Assembly (NCBI GenBank): GCA_030265395.1 | Contig: JARFYF010000001.1 | Span: forward strand, 65,347,936-65,411,935 | Direction: 5' to 3' | Length of the DNA stretch: 64,000 bases | DNA from: Rhina ancylostomus | Lineage: Eukaryota | Part shown: one piece after another, positions 12,651 through 23,743 of the stretch | Layout of the letters: each line of letters starts with the position of its first letter | How positions within the stretch are numbered: position 1 is the first letter of the stretch | Translations under genes and position numbers: made by a program | Notes under the pieces: model-generated | Told to the model about the DNA's origin: nothing | The model's database searches: none | What the model saw: only the letters and a program-made list of their open reading frames with translations

Positions 12651-12819
12651 TTTCACCAAGGCTCCTCAGAAAAGCAGGACATGCCAGAATCAAACGAGTG
12701 AGCCTAACTCCTACGCCAGGAACCGACACTGACACAAACCTTCCTTCCTTACAGACTGAGCTATGGAGCTGGGGACGAGGTAAAGAGGGCCAGCTGGGTC
12801 ATGGAGATGTGCTTCCCAG
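12651..12819 (+). CDS. ALS2: ALS2 exon 6 equivalent
   Basis: ctcctttcag|TT TCA CCA AGG...CTT CCC AG|gtatta; 169 nt; VSPRLLRKA...[19 protein letters not shown]. Confidence 0.95.
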
Positions 12820-13204
12820 GTATTACAAATCTCAAAGCTCTCCGTTCTTGATGCATCCTGAAAACAACACATTCAGCTTTCTGCCAAATACAATGATGGC
12901 TCAGTTTAATGAAGAAGAAATGTACAGTATATTTTAGTTTTCTGATGATATCAAGAAAGGTGTCACAGGAAGTTGGGGAGACTCAAAGCTGCAAAGAACA
13001 TTTAATGGAGTGGGAAAATGTGGCAGAGAGAGTTCAACTAGAGAAATGCGAGGATATCCAGTTTGGACCCAAAAAAGTATTTCCCATTTCCCAAANNNNN
13101 NNNNNNNNNNNNNNNNNNNNNNNNNNNNNNNNNNNNNNNNNNNNNNNNNNNNNNNNNNNNNNNNNNNNNNNNNNNNNNNNNNNNNNNNNNNNNNNAAATG
13201 GTCA

Positions 13205-14340
13205 GAAATCACAGAAACTCACAGACAGAAGGAGGCCATTTGACCCTTTGAGTCCATAATGGTTCAAAGCAAGGTAAATCCAGTTTGTGCCAGTCCCCTC
13301 CCATCTCCCCATAGCCCATCCAGAACCTAAACATTTTCTGCATAACCAGTGTTTTCTCATGTTGCTTTTGGTCAGTTGTCTTCATTCAATAGGATCAAAT
13401 ATTTATGACTCTAAAAGAGGCTATTCAGCCCATTGTGCCAGTCAAGAAAGAATTTCCCAGTATCATTCAACTTTCTAGCACTGTGTCTGTAAAATTGCAG
13501 GCCTTAGCATTCAAGAACACATCCAGGCACATTTTAAAATATGACAGAATTTCTGGGTCTTGCCATCCTTTCAGGCAGTGACTTCCAAACCCCTACTACC
13601 CTCGAGATGAAAATATTTTCCTCATATCCTCTCTAATTCTCACCCAACCAGTGCCTCCTGAGATTTGACCCCTCTGCTCAGGGAAATTGTTCTTCGAGTT
13701 ATTGTAGGTCTCTCATAATTTTATACATCTCAACCAAGTCCCCCCTGAGCCTCCATTGCACCAAAGAATATGATCCTAGCTTATCCCATTCTTCCTCATA
13801 GCTATAATTTTCCAGTCCTGACACTTCCTCAATTCCAACCCTCTTCAGTGTAATCACATTTTGTTGTAATATGGTGACTGGAGATGGTTGCAGTATTCAA
13901 GCTGTGGTTCAGCTACAGTAGTGTTCAGTTCTAGCAATAATCTCCTTGGCACTTATATTCTATCTTCCACTTAATGATACCATTTTAATCAACTTCTTGA
14001 CCCATCCTGCTGTATCTGTTGGTATCAAAGCCCCTCTGTTCCTCCATACATCTGATTACCCTCCCATTTGTTGCTATGTATCTCCTTGCCATGTTGCACT
14101 TGGCAAGGAGATATTGCCAAGTGCAATATCTCCTTGCATAACCTCACCCTTCTCTGGATTAAATTCCATTTTCCAGTTACCCACCCCCCCCCCCTCCTTC
14201 CCAATTGACTGGATCATCTATTTCTTCCTGCAATCTAAAGATTTCCTCTTGTGGTCAAGAGCATAGCCAGTTTTTAATTTGCAGATTTCTTTATCAGGTC
14301 TTCTACATTTGGGTCTAAATTATTAGCATGTATATTAGGA
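13205..14340 (-). mobile_element. CR1 LINE 3' fragments
   Basis: Antisense CR1 tail and RT text (ggctattcagcccattgtgcc; ctttcaggcagtgacttcca; ggattaaattccat). Confidence 0.7.
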
Positions 14341-14616
14341 AAAGGAAAAGGCCCAGCATCAATGAATAAAGAAGTCCAGCAGCATTCTACCTGCATTCCC
14401 TAGCCCAAGCACCCTGGCTGGTTACAAAATCTGTGATTGCCCTGTCTGAGATCAGTTCACACAACTCTGATCAGGGATTAGACTGCATTGAGTGGAATCT
14501 TCAGTCACTGTGACTTGAGAACCAATCTGGGTTGCTGATGAATATGATTACAATGTTGAATGATAATGAACACTGCTCACTCATGTGCTGAAACAAAATT
14601 CTAATACTGTCTCTAG

Positions 14617-14713
14617 GCTTCAACCCTTGTGCATCAAGAGTCTGAATAATAAAGAAGTAGTCCAAATAGTTGCTGGAGCATATCATTCACTGGCCTTAAC
14701 CGCCAGGTCACAG
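14617..14713 (+). CDS. ALS2: ALS2 exon 7 equivalent
   Basis: ctctag|G CTT CAA...TCA CAG|gtaaga; 97 nt; [32 protein letters not shown]. Confidence 0.95.
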
Positions 14714-15077
14714 GTAAGACCCAAGCAAATTTGTGCTCGTTTTTCACAATATATGTTCCATATACAGGAGAGCCAGGAAGACCCTTGAATGTTCTGGAGA
14801 TCACAAATGCAAATTGAAACAAAAATTTCACCTCCCCCGTGCCACAAGTTCAGCACAGGCATGGAATGCATGAAAGGGAACACACAGTCAAAGTTTAGGA
14901 GTGATGGGACAGAGGGCATACCAATGGTATGGTAATCTTTTGCTTTTCTACTATTGGTTTCAAGAGTACAGATCTCAATGGCCTCCCTTCTCGAAAACTA
15001 TTCTGTAATATCCCATATGTACTAGTACATATTGGATAAAACTAATATATCTGTTGACTCCAGATTTCTTCCCACAG

Positions 15078-15155
15078 GTCTATTCATGGGGCAGTAACAC
15101 CTTTGGACAACTTGGCCATGCAGAGTCACCAACTGTGATCCCACGCCTTGCCAAG
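15078..15155 (+). CDS. ALS2: ALS2 exon 8 equivalent
   Basis: cccacag|GTC TAT TCA TGG...GCC AAG|gtacag; 78 nt; [26 protein letters not shown]. Confidence 0.95.
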
Positions 15156-16589
15156 GTACAGGATACCCAACTTTTATACAGTTTTAATAAAACTATTAGT
15201 TATTAAGCTATGCATAGATGCTACTAACAAAGGTGAACCAGATAAACCATATCCTTCCTACTTTGAGGTTCGTCTGGTCCGATGCATTAGATACAAGTTA
15301 GAGACCACAAAAGTCCCCTAAATGAGCACTGGACCGTTTTGAAATAGTTGATTTTAATTGATGCTGGACACGGGAAAGGGATATCAGACAGGGTTTTATT
15401 TCCTCCTCACTGGAAAGTTCATGTTCAGATGTTGGGTAAGGAGGATCAGATTTTACTGCTGCTGTCACCCAGAAATGATCAAGCTTCCAACACCGATCGT
15501 CTTGTTCACAGAGGATTAGCGCCTGATAGTCATGAAACTTCACCCAATAAAATCAAATTCTTAAGGAAAGGACGAACAGGAGGACATTGAACAGGAGGAC
15601 AATATATTTTTGTTGCTGTGCTATTCTGGGAAGTCGAGGAGTGGTTTAAGGGCTCAACCCAAATAAGTAGCCAGGGAAAGACTTTTTCCCAGAATATGAT
15701 GAGAGTTGTGGAGATTAGTGAGGCAGGAAGCATTAAGTATGAAGGTTCACTAATTGATTAGGAGTTTAACTGAGTACCAGTTTTCAGCTGCCAACTCATT
15801 GCAAAAAAACTATTTGCATTGACAATCTGCATGGGTTGTGGAAAGATCTTTGACCTGGTTGGTTTTCAACTTTCCAAAAGAAAACAAAACTCATGAAAGG
15901 CTGATGTTAAATTTAAACCTGTGGGTAGGTTTTGTGAATGTCCCAATGTTCTAGAGGCTTTTTGAGGTTCTTTGATCACATGTATGAAATGCCAAGTGAG
16001 CTCGAGGTCAGCTTGTTGTGAGTTCAAATCCAACTCAGGAGATTTTGGCAATGGACAGTATTCACACATTAAACAAGGATGACAAGTTACCTTCTCTAAA
16101 GGAAGATAGTGAACCAATAATGTTTTTAATGAAAGTTCAACATCTGTTGCTGGTAGTAGCATTATATTTTCAGACTGAATTCAAATGTAGGCTCCCATTT
16201 AATGGATTATTAGCTATGTGATGTGTGAACTGGTTTGCTGGATTTAATGATAGTCAAGGAATTTGGGTAGAGTTTTTTAAATAAATGCCCACATGGGTGG
16301 GCAGGCTGGTCCTTGGTTTAACACCATATTTGATAAACAGCCTCTCTGAGAGTGCAGCATACCCTCAGTAGTGCACTAAAAGGGTTTAGAGTTCAGTCCC
16401 AATTCCAAAGTAAGAAGCTTGAACTTACCAGTCTCCTAACTCAATATACAAGAGAAAAAGATGGGCGTGGGCATGTTCATAGATCCAGTTGTCCAAACCT
16501 CATGATGGCAATTTTCATCCTTCAATTGCCAAATAATCTAAAACAATGCAGTCTGCATCCTGCCACTTATCAGCTCTGTATTAATCCCA

Positions 16590-16835
16590 TCTTCCAACTG
16601 TAAGTCCTTAGTTTTCAATGCCTAGGCCCATCTAGACATTTCTTAAATGCTGTCATTGACTCTGCTTCCACCACTCTCTCAGCCGATGCATTCCAGGTAC
16701 TCACCACTTCCATCAGATCCCCTCTAAATCTCTCACTCCTTCTCCTAAATGAATGTCCTCCAGCTTCATTCATCTCTGAGAAGGGAAGATTCTTGCAGTC
16801 TACCCTATCTATACCCCTCATAGTTTCACTCACCA
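16590..16835 (-). mobile_element. Short CR1 3' end
   Basis: Minus ORF MRGIDRVD...WNASAERVVEAESMTAFKKCLD. Confidence 0.75.
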
Positions 16836-17131
16836 AGCTGTTGATAACTTCTGGAATGCTGAGTGGCTGCTCCTTTTCTCCCTTGCCTTTCGCCTTGGAT
16901 GCTTTACCAGTTTAAAGAAATTATCTTTGCGGCTCACGGAACTGGACATCTACATCAGTTTCAGGAGGAAGAAAGCATTAAATAGGTTTACAGGAGTTGA
17001 TGCTACTGAGGAGCATTTTATGGTCTGGATACAGAAATCATACAGCCATTTTGAAAGAATTAAGCAGACTTTGATTGTTGATTACTGAATAACTCAAGGC
17101 ATCCAACATCACAAATACATTTCTGGTGCAG

Positions 17132-17317
17132 CTCCCTGAAGGCACGTGCGTGTGGGATGTGGCAGCAGGACAGGGACATACACTCTTTTTGGCTGATGGG
17201 GAATTCTTCCAGCCCAATGTTTACTACAGTGGACAGCAGGTGGTGCATGACACCAGGAACACTGATCGCAGTCCGACCTACACCAAACAACCTGTGCTTC
17301 TGTCATCCTGTAGTAAG
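17132..17317 (+). CDS. ALS2: ALS2 exon 9 equivalent (GC donor)
   Basis: gtgcag|CTC CCT GAA...AGT AAG|gcaagt; 186 nt; LPEGTCVWDVAAGQGHTLFLAD...PVLLSSCSK. Confidence 0.9.
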
Positions 17318-17449
17318 GCAAGTGAAGCTAATTATGTTATTTATTATTCAATGAGATTAGAAGCAGTGAACCTCAAATATTAGTCCAAAGAAAGTCATGT
17401 TGATAGAGCATAAATTTTGAAACAAATTTTTAAGTTACTGGAATGGAAA

Positions 17450-17800
17450 GGATTTGTATTTACATTGCATCCTTCACAACTGCATCCCAATCATTGAAGT
17501 ACTTTTTGAATGTACTTCAATGTTGGAATCATTGGAGCCAGTTTGCATACAGAAAGTTCCCATAAACTCCTATAGAAAAATAACCTCATAATCTGTTTTA
17601 GTGATGTTGATTGAGGGGTTAACATTGCCCAAGACATTGAGGAAAATTCCACTTCTTTTCAAAACAATCCCATGGGATCTTCATGTCCTCTAGAGCTGGC
17701 AGTTGGGTCTTTGTGTCTCATGTAGAAAAAGGCCCGTCCAGTCTGTTCTTGCTCAGTCCTGCACTGGGAAGGTCAGCTAGATGCATGTGTTCTGGTCACG
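17450..17800 (-). mobile_element. Deu-domain SINE (SacSINE1-like); other decayed copies at ~16290-16460, 42700-42840, 50400-50560, 51740-52140 and 54340-54640
   Basis: gaagtactttttga...atctgttttagtgatgttgattgagggg...ccatgggatctt, typical antisense Deu-SINE text. Confidence 0.7.
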
Positions 17801-18249
17801 TGTGAGTGAAAACCCAACATTCATTTGAAGCTGGGCTGGAGGTTTGACTGGGTCAATTGGAAGCTGGAGTGAGTGAGTGTGACAGAGGACTGGGTGGAAT
17901 GCAGCCTACCACTATGGGCCAAATTCTGTTCTCATCCTTTAATTTTTTTTTTACACACTCAGTTTACTTGAATGCTTTTACTCAAAAACTAAGAAGTGAG
18001 AGAAAATCAGTTATAAATGAAGATTTTAAAGTAAAAATCTCAGGGAACTTTTTCTATAAAAGCTAATATACCATTGTAAAGTCAAAGTAATTTACCGGGG
18101 AAGACGGTTGACACCTAGCTAGAGAAACTCAGTAAAATTACTGAAAGGTGAATGATCATGAGGATTAGTAATATGGTCTTTAAGTTATCTTAATATGGAT
18201 AAGAAATCACAGCATATAGAGCAAAGTAGGCTTCACGTCTAAAGAGAAA

Positions 18250-20050
18250 GAAGCCCATGCATGAACTAGTTGAGAAGAATAAAGTGAAACTAAAGTAGAC
18301 GATTTTTCTTAGGTTTATAGTAAAGGAACAATCAAAGGTGTAACATTCAACTACAGGAGAGCTCATTTCAGTTAAATGGCATCCAACCAAGATGGAATAG
18401 AATAGAGGATTGACAGGTAAAAGGATTAATGGAAGACCACCTTACAGGTGATAGTCATTGACTGGATATATTCCCATTAGGGAAAGGAAAGTCATTCAAA
18501 GATAATATGCTCCAAATGACAAAAGGTAAACATGTTATAATGAAACAGAACAAAATTTAAGTAGCGTCAAGGTCATAGTTCAGTGGCAAAGCAAACTGAA
18601 ATAGCTGAACGCAAACTGAAGCAAGGGCAAAAAGCGTAAATAGATAAGCATAAATTGTGAAAGATTAATGAAAGATGGAAAGAAGTTGATTAGGAATCTA
18701 AATGGGGATTTTCTTCACTTAGAGAAAAGAATGCTACCAATGTCATGAAGAGAAGTATTTGCAGAGAAACTAGCACAAAATAGGAGATACTAGAAAGGAT
18801 GGCAGGGCAATGTGGGGGGAAAAAAACATCCAGGGTAAATGGTTTGCATCCTAGTTTGAAGGAATCCTAAAGGTGGAAAATTGTAGGGCGGTTAGTCACA
18901 TCTCATAATCCTGCTTAGATGTGCAATTATCCTTAGAGGATTGGGGAGTCTTTGATGTTCCAACAGAAAAACGGGATAAGTCTAGCAATTCAAAGGGTAG
19001 GCAGCCCTGCATCTTTGATGGAGAAACTTTGAGACAATAATCTGGGACAAAATATTAATGCTTGGAAAAATTAGTTCGTAATTGTTAAAGTACTCAGCCA
19101 TTTTGAATATGTTTTCTGATTAATTGGCAGAAAAGGTTGATGAAGATACCTTGATCAGTGTATATAGACTTTCTTTCAAAAGCTGTTTGACAAACATAAG
19201 GTTAATGGATTTGGGATTGAAGGAGCAGTAGCAGTATTATTATAACATTAATGGTCAGAAAGCAGTGAGTAGTGGTGAACTATTTCCTCCCCCCCTCAAA
19301 TGGAATAAAATCTCATGTTGTGCCATAGGTATTGGTCATTATCAGGACCACTGCTTATTTTGATACTTTATCTCTTCTATGCCCAAGTCCAGGTTGGAAG
19401 CCAAGTCATAGACATTGAGAATTCAGGAGGGCTTTTACATCAGTGAAAGGGGCAAAAGGTACATTGTGACAATCTCACACAACTGTTAACTAGGCACTGG
19501 TTTAATAACTACAGACATGGAGAGAAAGTAATGCAAAACCTTTAAGATACTGATTAGGCCTCAGCTGAAGTAATGTGGATAACTTTCAGTACTGTATTTT
19601 AAGAACAATGTCAAAGTTTAGGAGAGTACAGAGGAGATTTGCCACACCATTTGCTAAATGGAGAGTTAGGGGCCAAAATGAAAACTGGATGGGTTGTCCT
19701 TGGAGCAGAGAAGCTGGGGGCCAGGAGACGGGAGTGTTGATACAAAGCACAGAGTAAGTAATGAAAAAAATTATAATGGTGAAAGATCACTAACCAGATT
19801 TAAAGGTAATTAGCAAAATAACCAAAGTGAACATAACAAAACTTCTGGAGTTCAAAGTTATGATCTGGACAACACTACCTGAGGGAGAATTTAAGCAGCT
19901 CTAAAAAGAAATATGTGAAAGGGGAAAAAATTCTAGAGCAGAGGGAAAAAGCAAGTGAAACTAATTGGAGAGCTTTTCAGGGGAGCTCTCATAGCAGAAT
20001 TAGCCCAAAAAACAATAGGCCAAAACAACCTTTCTCCATGCTGTATTGTT
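18250..20050 (+). mobile_element. Old, heavily decayed CR1 LINE
   Basis: Degenerate CR1 ORF2 text (aaaagctgtttgacaaac, caggaccactgcttatttt, gagagtacagaggagattt) ending in a CR1-like tail. Confidence 0.6.
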
Positions 20051-20492
20051 AAATGGGGTCAAGAAACAATGTCTTTACATACTCTCAACAAGGAGGATGA
20101 CACTCACTCTCAAGTGTTTATTGCTTAAAACATTTCCTTCCTTTCCTCCAAGTCTGTATCCTAATTCACTTTGTCCTCCTTACTTATTTAAACATTAATG
20201 TTCTGTACTGTATCATTGATTCATTCACTCTGATCATAGGTTAAATAAAAATAGCTGCTGAAAGATTATAACCAGCTGGTTTAGTGATGTTTTCAGGAAA
20301 AATTCACATAAAAAGCAAATAAGCATGCTTACTTCTGACCTTCACTGATTGATTGCTTCTCTGCAGTTCACCCTGATGTGTCTGTGCAACAACAGCTGTA
20401 GCCACTTTCGATAATCATAGGCCTTTTATTGGCCATTAGTGGACTAAGTCATAGCTATAACCTTATTGGTGGTGGGAGAATGGAAGTATTTC

Positions 20493-20493
<1 letters not shown>

Positions 20494-20530
<37 letters not shown>
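20494..20530 (+). repeat. (AC)n microsatellite, ~18 units
   Basis: Direct read. Confidence 0.95.
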
Positions 20531-20532
<2 letters not shown>

Positions 20533-22334
20533 GTATTAATCTCCTTTCAAAGTAGTTAGAACCATGGAACTATTTGGGCTTTTTATAAGCTACATCAGCT
20601 TTGGCTGTAGTAAAGCTTGGTTGTGTATGTGATTGGATTGATTACTATCCCTGAGTATGCTTTGAGCTGATCACTTACTGTGTTTTGAGGAAAACATTTG
20701 GAAACATTGCAGTTTTTTTTACCTTTGGGGAACTAGTAGTGTTTCTGTTTTCAGTTGGGTATGGTTGTTGTGATTTTTGATTATCCCCCCCCAAGCCTTT
20801 ATACTTCATGTAGAATTTTTGATTCCTAATTTTATTATACATTAAATTATGAATCAAGATTTCTTATTTTCTGTTGCTGTTGAGTACATTGCTTTTTTTT
20901 ACTTTGTCTATTCTTAATTAGACCATAACTGGAGGAACAAAAGTGTTTCTTGATTCTCTGAAAGAGTATGGTATTGCTCATACATTTAATTCACTGGAAA
21001 TCTCCTGGTTTGTACTCTAAATGATTGGGTGACAATTTTAATCTACCAAACATAAAGTTTTACTGTAACTCATTTGGTATATTTAAGATGTGGCTGTCCA
21101 ATCACAGATTTTATTCAATCTGTATAGCTAGAGGGGAAGAGTTAGTTTTTCTGATTGAGAGAAGTGAGATATTTTAAGTTGACCTTTTATTTTTAAGGTT
21201 CATAATGATGTAAGCTTATGATAAAATGATTAATATTAAAATAAACTTTGCCTGAGGGGTTTGAGATAACAGACCAAATTAATAAAGAAGAGTCAATTTT
21301 AAATAGCTATCTTTTCCAGAACTCTTGTGAGTTCCTGTTGACACAGCTGGTAAGGTATAGTTGCTATGTAACTATACTGTGTTACAATATTCAGGAAGAT
21401 TATGGATAAGTTAATGTAGTTACAGAATCCTGACCATGCAGTGGGTTAAAGGATTTTTATTGTGAAATTATTGGGAGTTATTTTTGTCAACGGGGCAATA
21501 CTAATTGGGGAGTTGTGGTGTGTGTAGGATAGCAAGTATGTGTTGTTCTGCATTATAGAACGTTACTCCAAAGTGATAAGATTTTAAAAATCATTTATTT
21601 TCTAGTATATGCCATGACAAATCATGTGGGAGGAGCAATTCATACTTTACTGTTACATTTGCAACTCTCTGGTATCCTGATGCTGAATGTTTTCTTTAGA
21701 AAGAAGTGAGGTATCTCTTGTTCTTACCAATCAGCTGATATCTTCCCTAAAGCCGTTTGGTGATGTCAAGGCAACTAAGACAGTATCCTTGTGATCCATG
21801 TATAGAAATCATAGTTTTGTTGGTGGTGGGGTGTCCAAAAGTAGAAAGTCTATTTCACTGAAGTAAAACATGGTTGGGTGTTTGCTATTTCCCTGACTTG
21901 AGTAAATTGCACAGAAAAAATCACAGGGAATTCAAAGTTTAAACAGTCTGTAAGAATGAAGTGGAGTTTGAAAAGGTGATAGAACTCCTTTTGGACTTTG
22001 GTTATCCCAACATCAGTGTTTGTAGGGTTTTGCTGTTTGCAAATTGGCACATAATATTATAACTGTCCTCAATGAATACATGAGTTTTATTTTCCAATGT
22101 GAAAGGCACTTTGTAAGCACTTTTCCTAGCTTAATGCCCTGGGTGAAGGACAATAGTTTCTTTATCTCCTTGAGAACTGAATAAATCTTAGGGGTGTGTT
22201 TTTTGGACTCATTTTCTAGCTCGGGCCATGGTGTTGACAAATATTCTAAAACCCTGTCCAAACTTTACTGTGATCTTGTTAACCTGATATTGTTGTTCTG
22301 CCAGTATGGTGATAATATCATGCTCTGATTTCAG

Positions 22335-22506
22335 CTTGGCTACATAAACAGTCTGTTCGCTGGGGGGCAGAGGTGCCTCGCTCTTGCAGACAGGAACGTA
22401 ATGGGCTATATTGCCAGCTTACATGAATTGGCTTCATCAGAGAGGAAGTTCCACTGTAAGCTAAATGATATGAAAAATCAGGTTCTCAGACCTTTGCTGG
22501 GTTTAG
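22335..22506 (+). CDS. ALS2: ALS2 exon 10 equivalent, RLD end / DH start
   Basis: atttcag|CTT GGC TAC...GGT TTA G|gtatgg; 172 nt; [39 protein letters not shown]...LRPLLGL. Confidence 0.95.
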
Positions 22507-22724
22507 GTATGGAAAACTATATTTATTTTTGTCTGCTTGTAGCTGACTGTTTCTTCATTCCATCACTTTGTACAGCGAAATAATAATCAGAAAATATTTG
22601 TATGACATTCATCCAAACTGGAAAAATGATCAATGACGTGATTAGAATTTGTATGTTCTCAAAATTATTATAGAGCAGTGTGAGCTGAATAATGTTAGAC
22701 TCTAAGACTGAATTGTTATATGGT

Positions 22725-22900
22725 GGCAGACCTGTACTTGCAATATTACATAATGAAATGTTGCTACTGATAGTACCCAGGGTGAGACCTGCACCCACCA
22801 GTGCTGTATCGCAGTAGACCTGTACCACTAGTGTTGTAGTCTGGCATTATACTGTGACAGAGCTGTGTTGACCAGTACTGTACCCCCCAGCATTATACGG
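22725..22900 (+). repeat. Degenerate minisatellite (agacctgtac...ccagtactgta...cattatac units)
   Basis: Recurring agacctg(t/c)ac, ccagt(g/a)ctgta and cattatac motifs. Confidence 0.5.
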
Positions 22901-23442
22901 CAAATAAGCCAAAAAAGGAAATCATCCCTGTAACTTATAATGACTTGATACTATATGTGAAGAAACAGGGACATCATAGAAACTTGCCAGTACTCCTGCC
23001 TTAACGAACCAAAATCAAATTCATGTTGGGTTTGGTGTTGAGGCTCCGAAACATTTTGCAGATAACTTGCCCCAGGTAGGGTAATACCTTGAATGTAGCC
23101 AAAAGATGGAGAGAACCTGTATTTTGAGTGTCCTGAAGGAGTTTATTAAAAAGAGAGTGAGAATCTTTGAGTCTAAGATAACAATAAGTTAGACAGTGCT
23201 AGCCTCTTGGGGGCATTATACTGTCTGGTGTCTTCTGGAATTGTAAGCCTATCCATCTGACTATCACCAAGCTTTTGGGGACTGAAATACCATTGTAAGG
23301 CTGCCCTTCAGTATGTAGGTGTGACAGTAGTTTTAACAACAACTGTGAAGTGTGATGCAGATTGTGTGTGATGTGCTGAACATTTTGATTTATAATGCAG
23401 ATTGTCAATAATACTGGTTTATTGACTTTTTTTGTTTTGCAG

Positions 23443-23743
23443 ATAACTTGACTTCTTCTTTGGGCTCAACACTGAGCCAATTACTACAGGATGCTGCGAG
23501 CAAATTTAGCAAACTATGCTACCTGATTGGACAACACAGTTTCACCTTAAATAAGTTTCTTCACAGTTCAAAAGATGTCAAGACATTANNNNNNNNNNNN
23601 NNNNNNNNNNNNNNNNNNNNNNNNNNNNNNNNNNNNNNNNNNNNNNNNNNNNNNNNNNNNNNNNNNNNNNNNNNNNNNNNNNNNNNNNTCAAGACATTAG
23701 TCATGTTGGAACATTCAAAGGTCTTCCTGGACACTTTCAAAGA
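23443..23743 (+). CDS. ALS2: ALS2 exon 11 equivalent (split by an artefactual 100-N gap; true length ~190 nt; GC donor)
   Basis: ttttgcag|AT AAC TTG...; TCAAGACATTA is repeated on both sides of the gap; ends TTC AAA GA|gcaagt; SKFSKLCYLIGQH...LVMLEHSKVFLDTFKE. Confidence 0.88.

Noticed and set aside
15571-15602. 15-bp tandem duplication gaacaggaggaca(t/a)t; similar short duplications at ~29275 and ~56485
   Set aside because: Ordinary slippage duplications with no spacer structure; not CRISPR-like.
20605-20620. ctgtagtaaagcttgg resembles the spliced exon 9/10 junction (ctgtagtaag|cttgg)
   Set aside because: Only ~15 nt with an indel and no extended similarity; compatible with chance, not a retro-copy.
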